From the NCBI GenBank assembly GCA_004431415.1, contig QPMI01000117.1:320516-384515 (forward strand): DNA of 64,000 nucleotides, written 5' to 3'. Shown here piece after piece: positions 1-10,714 of the stretch (positions are counted from its first letter, which is position 1; every line of letters begins with the position of its first letter). A program made the translations under genes and the position numbers. The notes under the pieces were generated by a model. The model saw only the letters and a list, made by a program, of their open reading frames with translations, was not told where the DNA came from and did no database searches. This stretch comes from Cyanophora paradoxa CCMP329 (taxonomy: Eukaryota; Plantae; Glaucophyta).

Positions 1-789
1 TGGCCCTCCCCCGCTCCCGCTCTACCCCCGCGGCGGCCTCCTCTTCCGCCTCTGCCTCCTCTGCCTCCTCTGCCTCCCTTATCCCCTCCGGCCCCGGAAT
101 CGATCCGGAGTTTCCCTTCGAGAAGGAGCCGCCCTGCGACATGAAGGAGAACGCCGAGGTCCGCCGTTTCCCTCTGTCTCACGCAAGCCCCTCTGCCTCT
201 ATCTCACGCGAGCCCTTACGCAGCTCTACATGGCCTGGCTCAAGTTCCGCTGCCCCCACCGGACCGCGACGATCGAAGCGGTCGCCAAGGAGCTCGGCGA
301 GATGACCGAGGAGGCGCGGCAGGCCACCTTTGCCTTCGTGGACGGGAGGCGCCCCGCCCTTATCGAGGAGGTCGAGGCCATCGTGACCGCCGCCGAGGCC
401 GCCTCGATCGTCGTCAAGATGGAGAAGGAGCTCAGCCCGCCCGCTTCGCCCCCCGCCCCCACCGCTGACCCTGAGGTGAGCCCCTTTGCCTCTACCCTTG
501 CGCCCCCCTCTGAGCCCGTACCCCGTAGATCGAGTCGCCCGAGCCCGAGCCCGAGTCGGAGCCCGAGTCGGAGAACTCGGAGCCCGAGTCGGAGGACGAG
601 AAGGCGGCAAAGAAGGTGGCCAGGAAGGCGGCCAAGGCGGGCAAGAAGGCGCTCAAGGAGTCGTCGCCCACCAAGAGCGCGCTCAAGGGCCGGTGGTCGC
701 AGAAGCGGAAGGCCTCCGTCACCTTCCCCGCCGGCACCCCCGACTCGCTCTCCGTAGAGGGCAGCCGCCTCCGCCGCCGCCGCCTGTAG
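1..789 (+). CDS. 3' part of a spliced hypothetical gene with an acidic (PE/SE) then basic tail
   Basis: GT-AG introns 159-223 and 476-528 join the frames ...MKENAE|LYMAWLKFRC...ADPE|IESPEPEPESE...RLRRRRL*, with TAG at 787-789. Confidence 0.65.
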
Positions 790-930
790 ATGTATCGAAT
801 TCCTGTCTCGGCCACTTATGCGTCAGTGTTTCTCCGATTTTTTTGCAATGGTAAAGTGCCCCAAATCGTCCAATTCACTCTCTCTCTCGCCTTTGGAGTC
901 CCTTTCCAACACGAGATCGCTTCGGTCGCA

Positions 931-1437
931 ATGGGACACACATCTTCATTTCGTCCCAGGTCAAAGATCGGCAGGTGGTTTGCGAGAAAGCTTTACACGC
1001 CACGGATCATACAGAACCAGATCCTTGAACAAACAATGGCAACCTGCGCAATCACCAGGACTTGGGCACCGATTCGCGACCTCATAAACATCATCGACTT
1101 TGCGCGCATTGGTCCGGTCTGCTTGGACAAGTGGATGCTCTCCGCCATTTCATGTGGCTGTTCGGACATTGTTATGCATCTCTGTCCGCTGGGCACACGT
1201 GCGTCCGGCCTTGACCTGGAGAATGCCTTTGTTTCTCGCACATCCGATCTACAACGCAAGATCACAGAGAGCGAGATCGCCGGAGAGATGGGTCTCACAG
1301 TGTCTTACAGAGAGGATTCATTTCTGGCGGATTGCGTGGAAATGAGGGTGATTGCTGCATGCCTACAGTTATCACAACAGACAGAGCAGATATGCCGGAC
1401 CATGTGCCCAAGAGTTAGCCAGTATATTTTCACGTGA
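931..1437 (+). CDS. intronless hypothetical protein, possible degenerate ankyrin-like repeat
   Basis: Open frame 790-1437 at lower GC. Likely start MGHTSS fits the MGxxxS myristoylation pattern. SAISCGCSDIVMHLCPLG resembles an ankyrin helix pair. Confidence 0.5.
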   Translation: MGHTSSFRPRSKIGRWFARKLYTPRIIQNQILEQTMATCAITRTWAPIRDLINIIDFARIGPVCLDKWMLSAISCGCSDIVMHLCPLGTRASGLDLENAFVSRTSDLQRKITESEIAGEMGLTVSYREDSFLADCVEMRVIAACLQLSQQTEQICRTMCPRVSQYIFT

Positions 1438-1516
1438 TTCTTTTCGAATCTCTACAGACACCCTCCCTCCGAGCCCTCTGTAGCCTCCGAGGGGCTCCAG
1501 CGGGGCCGCACGCACG

Positions 1517-1561
1517 CCGCTGACACCGCTGGGTACGACGGACGGGGTTGTAATCGCGGAA
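1517..1561 (+). repeat. 45-nt conserved intergenic motif, copy 1
   Basis: CCGCTGACACCGCTGGGTACGACGGACGGGGTTGTAA(T/G)CGCGGAA, 44/45 identical to 2847-2891. Confidence 0.9.
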
Positions 1562-1670
1562 GACCGCCACGACCCGCCAAGTCCAAAAAGGGGCCCGCCC
1601 GGATTCGAGGCGGGTGCAAAGTGGGACCCGCGCGCCACCCGGGGCCCGCGTTCACCGAGGCGGGAACAGA

Positions 1671-2426
1671 ATGCCCGCCGAGATCGCAGCGGCCTTCTCG
1701 GCACTGCGCGTGGCATCGCAGGTTCTCCGCGCAGCCCGCCTGGCCGCCCCAGTCATGTCGCTGCTGCTGCGTGCCCTGTCGGGGGTCCCGGACGAGGCGA
1801 AGATCGTGCGCGGGATCAAGGACGCGGACCCGGCCCTCGTCGCCCCCCAGCTCCGCTGCATCCCGCGCCGGCTCCAGCTCCGGGTCGCGCGGGCCCTCTG
1901 CGGCGACCTCGTGTCCTGCGCGTGCATCCCGAGCGAGCACAGGCCGCACCTGCCCGACCTGTCGCTCCTGTCGCTGGGGCTCGCCGTGGCCGCCGAGACC
2001 CGCCTGCCCCGCGCGAGGGCCGTGGTGGACGCGCTGATCGACCTGGGCTACAGGGCGGGCGCGGACTCGGGCGCCAACCTGGCCGCCGCGGTCCTCCTGG
2101 GCTGGCGGGGCGTGGTGCTGCGGTTGGTGGACGAGTGCGGCGTGCCGGTCAACGGGACCCCCGCCGAGTTCGCGACGGGCGTGCAGACCGTGCGCATCCT
2201 CTCGGGTCTGCGGACGACGCGCGCGGCCGACGTGCCCGCAGTGCTGGACTGCGTGGAGGCCCTCGTGTACGGGCGCGGGATGCGGCTGTGGCTGCCGGAG
2301 CTCGAGGGGAACCTGCGCGCCACCACCGACGAGGGCACCCGCGCGCGCCTCTCCCTGATCGCGCGGTCCCCCGAGCTCGTGTACGGCCCCCGCGATGTCG
2401 CATCCGCCCCGACTGAATGGCAGTGA
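1671..2426 (+). CDS. intronless hypothetical protein with ankyrin-like segment
   Basis: ATG at 1671, high GC3, LAAAVLLGWRGVVLRLVDECGVPVN resembles an ankyrin repeat. Confidence 0.6.
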   Translation: MPAEIAAAFSALRVASQVLRAARLAAPVMSLLLRALSGVPDEAKIVRGIKDADPALVAPQLRCIPRRLQLRVARALCGDLVSCACIPSEHRPHLPDLSLLSLGLAVAAETRLPRARAVVDALIDLGYRAGADSGANLAAAVLLGWRGVVLRLVDECGVPVNGTPAEFATGVQTVRILSGLRTTRAADVPAVLDCVEALVYGRGMRLWLPELEGNLRATTDEGTRARLSLIARSPELVYGPRDVASAPTEWQ

Positions 2427-2478
2427 GAGGCGCGTTCCCCTTGTACACTAAGGAATCTGCACCATTTCACGCAAGCCA

Positions 2479-2772
2479 ATGCCTCCCATCCATGCCCCGC
2501 GCCCACTGACGGACGACGAGCGCCGGCACTTGCTTGAGCGCCTGGATCTGCTGGTTACGAGTGTCTGGAACGCAGCGGCCCCGATCGCATGGGCCAAGGA
2601 TACGGTGGGCAGGAGCGTCCACCAGAACCTACAGTACGTCTACTCGAACCTCTCACAGGAGATACTGCCCCTGATCGATGCTATGCTAGGCACCTGGTAT
2701 GCCGAGCGGCTCCCTATCTCCCTGATGTCAGCCCGGGTGGATGCTCGGGGCGGCGACTTTAGCGACCTGTGA
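2479..2772 (+). CDS. small intronless hypothetical protein (97 aa)
   Basis: ATG-started ORF with non-low-complexity, protein-like composition. Confidence 0.5.
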   Translation: MPPIHAPRPLTDDERRHLLERLDLLVTSVWNAAAPIAWAKDTVGRSVHQNLQYVYSNLSQEILPLIDAMLGTWYAERLPISLMSARVDARGGDFSDL

Positions 2773-2846
2773 TTGCTCCTCTGTCTGAATACAAATTGCT
2801 CGGGCTCTAGAAGGGCTCCGAGGCTCTAGAAGGCCTCGCATACACC

Positions 2847-2891
2847 CCGCTGACACCGCTGGGTACGACGGACGGGGTTGTAAGCGCGGAA
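2847..2891 (+). repeat. 45-nt conserved intergenic motif, copy 2
   Basis: Match to 1517-1561. Followed by two copies of CCCCGGCCCCGCTGACGAGAGGG (about 2920 and 3007). Confidence 0.9.
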
Positions 2892-3216
2892 ACCCCCAGA
2901 AACCCCCAGAAGGGCCGTACCCCGGCCCCGCTGACGAGAGGGGCCCCCTCCCGGCCCGGGTACGCAGAAGGGCCGCCCCCCGGCCCTCTTCCGCACAAGG
3001 GCCCGCCCCCGGCCCCGCTGACGAGAGGGACCCTTGCCCCCCCTCTCCCCCCCTCCGCCCCCCCGCGGGCCGGCCCTCGTCCCCGCGCCCCCCCCGCAAC
3101 CCCCGCAACCCTCTGGGTCCCCGCGGGCCCCATTCGCCGATGCGGTCCCCCGGGCCCATCGCCTCCAATGGGATTTGGGGGGTAGCGAGAGGGCGGCGGG
3201 GGGGTACGCAAAGTGA

Positions 3217-3372
<156 letters not shown>

Positions 3373-6300
3373 TGATGGCGATCCAGGCGAATCGGCGCCC
3401 CACAAAGCGCGAGCTCGACGTTGCTACCGTCGCTTACACCAACTTTGCACTGTGTTCGTGCATATTGTGGCCATTTAATTTTCGAGTTTTGCACCTCATT
3501 AATATTGATCTCCAGATCTTCGAACGTATGATCTGAACGCGACAGTCAGCAGTGCCGACGTCCGCGCAGCCTACACGCGCTTCTGGTAATTATAATTTCC
3601 TCGCTGGCGCTCCTCTCTTTGCATGCGCAGACTTTACATGTTTCCTCTGACGCCGTGATGTCGATGCTTGCGACCGTGTTGGGTGCAGGCTGGAGGATGC
3701 GCATCGAACTGCACAAAGCGGGCCTTACGCCCGCATGGAGATGTGCACTCGTAAGCGACGTCGACCCCGCTGTTTTCACTTAATTGTTCATTGTTAATCA
3801 CGCATTTGAAATGCGACAGTGGATGAGGTCGAGGCGGCATTCGAGTACACCTTAAACCACACTTTGCGGCCGTGGGCGACGAATCCCGTGTCCAACTTCG
3901 TGACGCACGCCTCCCACCACGGTCGGTCACAAAGATGCTTTTTAAATTTTCCGCGCGTACGCTGTATGCTCAATTGCAAGCTCACGAAAACTCCGGATCC
4001 AGGCATTCAAGGCGCGCTTGGACTGATCGCAAAGGTCCTCCACGGCTCCGGTTTCATCCAATGGGACCGTGCGCATGCCTTACTGGCTCCAACTAACTTC
4101 CTACAATTGATATCTCATCGACACTCGCTCCAACTAGTCCCCTATTAGTATATAATTTATATGTCAGCTGATCCGAATTTTGCATACATATATATACTTA
4201 TAGCGATTCCCCGAGCAGACTGCATTCTCTATCGGGAGTTTTTGCGCTACGCCAACGATGACAGGTTTATTATTTTTTGAGTAGATAATCGATTCTGCTT
4301 GACTCTGATCGCTGATTATCTCCTCATCCGCTCATGATCAGGAGCCATCGGCAATGGGTCAAGTACGCCATCGGCTGTCTCTTCCGGGGCACCGTTTTCG
4401 TCAACTACCACGCGGCCGACACGGTGCGAACCCGTTGGCCTACTCATGCTCATCTGCCACGGTAGCCTACTCATGTCCCGTTGATGCTCAGATCGTCTCC
4501 TGCTGTGCGACGTTCAACAACGAGTGGGAGGCCAACATGGGGGGCGGCCGCGGGCACGACGGGCGCGCGGTGGCGATGAGGCGCAAGCTCTCGCCCGTCG
4601 TGAACGGGATGCTGATGGGCCGCTTCGCCCCGCGCCGCGAGTCCGAGCGCCCCCGCCCGACGTCTGTCATGGTGCGCGCGCGAAAGCTGAAGATTGCAAC
4701 TTGAATTCGGGCGCGCACATGTGGAGCAATAGCGCGAAGTGACGCCGTGGCAGATTTCGCACGTGAATGTGCTCAAGGACATCAAGACAGCCGTGCGGGC
4801 CGCGAAGGTGCTTTTCTTGACCCCGGCGGATCGATGCGTCTGCCAATAATGACCGTCGATTGGCAGATCATTGTGGAGGAATTTGGTTTGCCCGAGTATC
4901 AGCTCCTCGTGTACGGCGACACAGGGAAAGGTGTGCACAATCCATATTAATATTGCAAACACACAATCAATATTGCAGCGCTAGCAATATTTATAATCAA
5001 ACTGTTGAATTCTTGGGTTACAATCGTATACGGAGCTCGAGCAAGCACTGACGGCTTTGCAGACCCGGCGCACACCGCCGAGTGCCGGGCCTTCATCCTG
5101 GCCAACGGCCTCGAGGCGAACGTGACGCTCTGCGGCCTCGGCAACTCGCCCATCGTGCTTCCCCGCGGCTGGTGCGGTGGATGCCGCGCGGATCAAATTG
5201 ATTTACGCCATGCTTTTCTGACACGCGCCGCAGGCTGATGCTTAACTCGTCGCGCTCGGAGGGCCTGCCGCTCGCACTGGGCGAGGCCGGCCTCTGCGGC
5301 CTCCCCGTCGTCTGCACGGACGGTGCGCCCCCTGCAGCCGCCCCGCGCCGGACCAGCGGGGCTGCCGGGCCGACACCGCCGGCCGGGGCAGTGGCGGGGT
5401 CGAAGGAGATCATCCAAGTGCCGGAGGACCCGTCGCGCGTCTTCGGCGCCCTCGTGCCGCCCGTCGACCACGCAGCCATCGCCCGCGCCCAGCTTGAGGT
5501 CTGACCTTCCGCCCGCCGCCCGCCCGCCCAGCGCTGACCGGGGCCAGGTCTTCTGCATGACGGGGTACCTGCCGGAGCTGGCGGGCGAGCCGGGGCCGGG
5601 CCCCTCGCTCGACGCGCTGCTGCGGGGCGGCCCCGGCGCGCTGCGGGCGCGGATGGCGGAGGCGAAGCTCCTGCGGCAGCGCCTCGGCATGCGCTACCGC
5701 GCCAACGTCGCCGCTTCCTTCGGCCTCGTGCGCCCGCGCCCTCGCCGCGATCGCGCTGCGCCGCGCCCGCTAAGTTTCGGCAGGACCGGTACAAGCGGGA
5801 GCACGAGCAGCAGATCTGGGCGTGGGCGGTCCGCCACCGCGAGCTGCAGGCCCGCGCCGTCGCCCTCGCGCGCGGCCGGCCGGCGCCGCGGCGGCCCCGC
5901 TGCGGGCCCCGGCGCCCTTCTTCGCGGCGGCGCTCGCGTCGGTCGTGGCGCAGTGGCCGCGCACCATCGACCTGCCGCGCCCGCCGCCCGTCGACTCCCG
6001 CCCGGCCCCCGGCGACCCGCCGCTCGCCCCGCCTCGCGCCCTCGCCATCCTCGCCGCCCGCCCTCCAGCCCCGCCGCCCGTCGCTTTGCTGTGGAAGTTG
6101 GAGCGGCGAGCGGGAGATCTGGAGCCCTCCATCATCAACCCCTGCCGACTCGTCGACCTCTATCTCTGCACGCCCGCCCACGAAACGTGGCGCGCTCCCA
6201 TCTGCAGCCTGGCCCTCCCAATCCGGCGCGCTCCAAGCCTCCCGCCGCCCAGCCCGAGCTGCGCGGCTGGGAGCCCGCGGCTGCTGTCGGCAAGCTCGCT

Positions 6301-7738
6301 GCGGCGGCGCACTCCCGCGTGTCGGCCGCGGTTGCCGGATGTCGACGAGCAGCCCGCGCCGCTGCTGCTGCAGAAGCCCGAGCCCCAGCTTCGAATTCAT
6401 GGTCGCGACCGGCCTCAGCCGGAGGCGGGGCCGGAGATATGGATCGACGTCGCTCTCGATCGCGATCGCGAGGTGGAGGAGACGCCGGCTCCGCTGCCTA
6501 TGGAGGCCTCGAGCTCGCGATCGTCGTACGACATCCAGCTGCAGGTCGCGATCGACTCGAGCTCGCGGTCGCCGGCGCTGGGCACCGAGCCGCTCTCCTC
6601 GCCCGATCGATATGGCGATATTGAGGGCGATCGCGACGGCGGCGGCATGGGCCACGGCCACGGGTACGACGACGACCCGGGCCAGTCGGCGGCCCTCTGC
6701 TACCCGCCGCAGGGCTTCCCGTCCGGATCCCTGTGGGACCGTGCCCTCGAGCAAGTCTTCTTCTGGTTCCCGGCCGCGGCGCCGCCCGCCCGCGTGGAGC
6801 CGCGGCCCTCCGCGAACTCGAATTTGACGGCGGCGACACACATATACGAAGCCAACGTCGACGCTGCAGGGTCGTCTGGCACGCGCAACCGACCCCTGAA
6901 CCAACGGCCATCGGTATCGGTACCGCCCCAGCCGCAGTCGCGTCCGTCGTGGAGGCCTAGGGCCCCTATCGCCACCGAAGCCAGCAGCCGCCGCCCCGTC
7001 TCCCCACGGCCGTCGACGTCTCCGGTCGCCCATGCACATGGCCCGAGCGCGCAGCACGAGGCGGACGGGTCGGCGTCTCCCGCACAGCAGCCGCCGCGGC
7101 GCCGCGTCTCGCCCTCTATCGCTCAGCTCCTCGAGGGCTTCGAGCGCAAGTCGCCCATGGCCAGCGGCCCTCGCGCCGGCGCTGTCTCCGCCCCGCCCCG
7201 CATCCGCGCTGGGACGTCCTCCCCGATCGATATCGAGGCGGCAGCTCCCGCCGCAGGAGAGCGCGCGCGGCCGGATCCGGGGCGCGAGGAGGAGAGCCCG
7301 GCGAAGCCGGCAGGCGGCCTCGGACCGGCGAGCGTCGCGGGGGACGGGGACGTGGCGGTCACCGTTTCGCGGCCGCTGGGCGGTGTCGGCATCGGTGTCG
7401 CCCCGCCCGACTTCGCGGCGGCGCTCGCGATCGAGCCAGCGGGCCCGAACCCAAAGCTATGGCTGCTGCCGGTGGAGCCGGGCGGCCGTACGCGTGGCGC
7501 CCGTGGCCGCGGGCCGCCCCTCTTCCCCCCCAAGTCCCTCGCCCTTTACGACCTCGGGCTGGAGGGAATGCCGCCGCCCCTGCCCCTGCCCCGCCCCGCC
7601 TTCGCAGATGTCCACGTCTTCGACCTCGACGAGGACGCGCAGGCCGCGGCCGCCGGCGCCGGCGCCGCCCCCGCACGCCTGCGGCAGAGCCGCTCTGTGC
7701 ACGCCGCGGACGCCGCTCGTCATCGCCAAAATCTGTGA
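3373..7738 (+). CDS. multi-exon GT4 glycosyltransferase, PelF/fungal Gtb3-like, with long low-complexity C-tail; 5' end uncertain
   Basis: Exons give KLSPVVNGM, ISHVNVLKDIKTAVRAA, FGLPEYQLLVYG, AECRAFILANGLEANVTLCGLGN, MLNSSRSEGLPLALGEAGLCGLPVVCTD (EX7E motif), ALVPPVDHAAIARAQ, YKREHEQQIW. Confidence 0.8.
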
Positions 7739-8217
7739 TTGATCGCAATATTTTAATTGCAAATGTATTTAGTCGACGTCGTAGTTTTAGACTTGGCATA
7801 ATTGGATCGATCGACGATAAAGGGATCGAGCAGTAGAGTCAACATTGTTGCAGTTGTTCATGAATTCAAATCAGTAACGTAATCATCATCAATGGCGTCA
7901 CCGGGCCGGGTTGAGCCCCTGCCGACCGAGTGCTGCAGCTGGATGCCGTGGCCCGGCCACCTGCCCCCGGCGATCCGGCGCTCGTTTTAATTCCCTGATG
8001 GCTCCCCCGCGGCCGACTCGACCATCGACTTTCCCCGGAGGGGGCGGGGGGGAGGGGGGGGGAAGGGGGAGGGGAGTGGGGCGGGCGCAGGGGGCGGGGA
8101 GCAGGGGGGAAGGGGGGGGCAGAAGGCAGGGGGGGGGGTGGGGGAGGGGGGGGGCCGGGGGGGGGCGCTTCGTGGGGATTCTGATCTGACACGAATTCGA
8201 CAGATATTTTAATCCTA

Positions 8218-8950
8218 TCCGTTGCCCGCCGGCCCGCGGCTCAATTTAAAACGACCTTATCATACTTAATTTATCATCATTTGTTTTTGTAAACGATTTC
8301 CCATCTTCTCCTTCCTCGATTGAATCGGTGATCTCGAGCCAGGAGGGGCACCGGGGGTAAAAGAGGGGGGGGGGGATCCGGAGAAGGGGGGGGGGAGGGG
8401 GCAGGGGTTTTGTTTTTCGGAACTGATCTGAAAAGGATTACGACAAACATCAAAGAAAACAAGCCGCCCTAGGCCCGCCCCTACAGCTGCCCGCAGTCCT
8501 CGATGGTGATCACCTGCGTCGTCTGCCCGCCCCCCGTCCACAGCGCGGGGCGCGGGCCTCGATCTTCTTCACCTGAAGCGCGCGGGGGCGCGGCTTAGCG
8601 GATGGGGTATCGCGGCGAGGGCGTAGGGGTAGGGGGGTACCACGTCCATGCCCTCCACGACCCGGTCGAAGACGACGGGCTTCCTCTCGGGGCTGCCGGG
8701 GGTACGGGGTGTTGGAGAAGTACGAGAATGCGCGCGGGACCGGAGGGGGCGCACTGGGGCTTCGCCTTGAATGCGATGAAGAACTGAAAGGATTGGGGGG
8801 GGGGGGAGGGGAGGGGGGAGGGGGGGGGGAGGGGGAGGGGGGGGGGGGTTCCCGGACCGGAAGAGCGTACCTGAGGGCGTACCCGAAGAGTGTACCCGGC
8901 TGCTCGTGCTTCAGCTTGAAGTTCTCGCTGCTGGAGGGGTACAGCGTTTC
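8218..8950 (-). pseudogene. degraded duplicate of the 3' half and downstream flank of the cyclophilin at 38187-39685
   Basis: 8461-8600 is nearly identical to 38168-38300. ENFKLKHEQPG and VVFDRVVEGMDV remnants. An 11-nt insertion frameshifts the last exon and the SMANAG motif is lost. Confidence 0.85.
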
Positions 8951-8984
8951 AGGGGGTGCTCCGCTGTACCCCCTGTACCCCTGT

Positions 8985-10204
8985 ATCGCTTCAGCCCGCG
9001 CAGCTGGCGCCAGCATCTGCTCCACGAGGGCTACGAGCTCCAGCCTGGGGGGTACTCCGTCACCTTCCGCCGGCCGCGCCTCGGGGGGTACGGCGACGCA
9101 CCGGACAGCGGCGCCGAGGGGCGACGCGCCGCTCGCCGTGCAGCGCGCAAAGTCGGCCCGGGCTGCGGGGCGCGGGTGGGAATGGAGCGCGGTCCCCCGG
9201 GGACGGATCGATCCGCGTACCCATCTGGCCCCTCCTGGTGAGGATCGCTAGGATCGCGGCCTGTGAGGGGTACCCGTCAGTCCCGAGGCCGCGCGGGCGG
9301 GACGGGTACGCGCGCCTGCGCTTCCGCGGTTTCTCTGCGGGCGGGCGGCGGGGCGTCGAGGGCCGGCCGGCGGGCAGGAGGGAGGGGGGTAGACAAAAAT
9401 AACAGTGCGCCGGCTCCTGGCGCGCGAAGGCGGCGAGGAGGAGCGGAGCGGAGTGGCGCCGTCGGCGTCGGCGGCGCGCGGGTCGGCCCCCGCGTCGAGC
9501 AGCGCCCCCAAGAGCTCCGGCGCGTCCCCTGCAAACGAAGTCGGGGCGGAGCGGGGCGGGCGGGGCGGGGCGGGGCGGGGCAGGGCGGACTGTGGCAGGC
9601 AAGGCGGAGCTGATGCTTCCCGCCCTCGTCGGCCGCCGCCGCCTCCGCCCGCGCGTTCGAGTACGCGCAGTGGTGCCTGCGCCGCGCCGCCGCCGCCGCC
9701 GAGCGCCGAACAGCGCGCGCCGGTCCGGGAGGGGCGGCGCGGCCGCTCACAGCGCGAGGCATCCGTAGCGGTCGGCGGCGGTGTTGAGGGCCGCCGCGTG
9801 GCGCTCGGCGACGAGCTCCGCCTCCTCCCGAAGCTCCCGCCACGCGCAGACCGCCGCGTGCAGCGGGAGGCCCGCCTCCTGCGCAGGAGGGCCCTCCGTG
9901 TAAGCCCACGTCTCTTTGCCTGGCCGGCGACCCGAGCAGAGTGCGCCGCGCGGAGCCTCCAGGTAGGTGCGGGTTCGCCCTTAGCTAAGCGCGGCCGGTG
10001 CGGCCTTACGACGAACGAGGCCGCGTGTAGGAGAGGACGAGATGCGGCTGCGGAGCGCGGGGGCGCGCGGCGGGCCGGCGCACCGCGTCTTCGTCTCTCG
10101 GGAGGATCTGGCCTTCCGCGCGCGCCCGAACCGCCCGCAGCGCCCTTTCGTACGTCAGGTCGGCGCTCGCCATCCTCAGAGGCGCCGGCGAGCGGTCTGG
10201 TCAC
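8985..10204 (-). pseudogene. ankyrin-repeat gene fragment joined to the cyclophilin remnant
   Basis: PLLHAASF, LPLHAAVC, ELLGALLDAGADPRAADADGATPL. Frames look disrupted. Confidence 0.55.
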
Positions 10205-10714
10205 AGCTCGGAGCTCAATCTGAAGGGGTACCCCGGAACTGATGCTCAGCTTCTAGGCTTCCGGCGCGGAGGCAGGCGCGGGGGCGCCGTCAGGAAAGCG
10301 CCGCTCGTTCGGAGAACAGGATACGCGCTCTTTTGCGGCCGCCTCGATTCGCTCCCGTCGCCAAATTACGAGCGGCGGTTCCTTGAGCCCTCGACTGTTC
10401 ATAGCAGCGAAAGCGAGCCGATCCCATCCGATTGCAATCGAGCGCGCGGGCGGAGCGGAGAGCTCGAGACGCGCGACCGCGCGGCCCCGCGCACGCGAGC
10501 GCGGCGGACAGCAAGGTACGAGCGCGTGCACGTGAAACGACGTAGAGAGAGCTGACGATGCCGCGCCGCAGCGACGTCTGCAGCGCGCAGCTGCAGGGGC
10601 CGGCGCCCGCGGCCGCGCGCGGCTGCCTAGGCCTCGGGAGCGCTGCGCCGCGGCCGATCGATACGCATACACATGTACATGTATCAGCAGCATTAATATT
10701 AGAGCGTGCAGCAC

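Noticed and set aside
1517-2891. 45-nt repeats as CRISPR repeats or attC sites
   Set aside because: Only two copies 1.3 kb apart, no cas or integrase genes, and no RYYYAAC/GTTRRRY boxes.
2920-3035. CTGACGA repeats, and CTGACA in the 45-nt motif, as hammerhead ribozymes
   Set aside because: No GAAA after stem II, so the catalytic core is incomplete.
5093-7057. 654-aa minus-strand ORF and many similar long Arg/Pro/Gly/Ala ORFs
   Set aside because: GC-rich antisense or off-frame shadows of spliced genes or repeats, with no domain signal.
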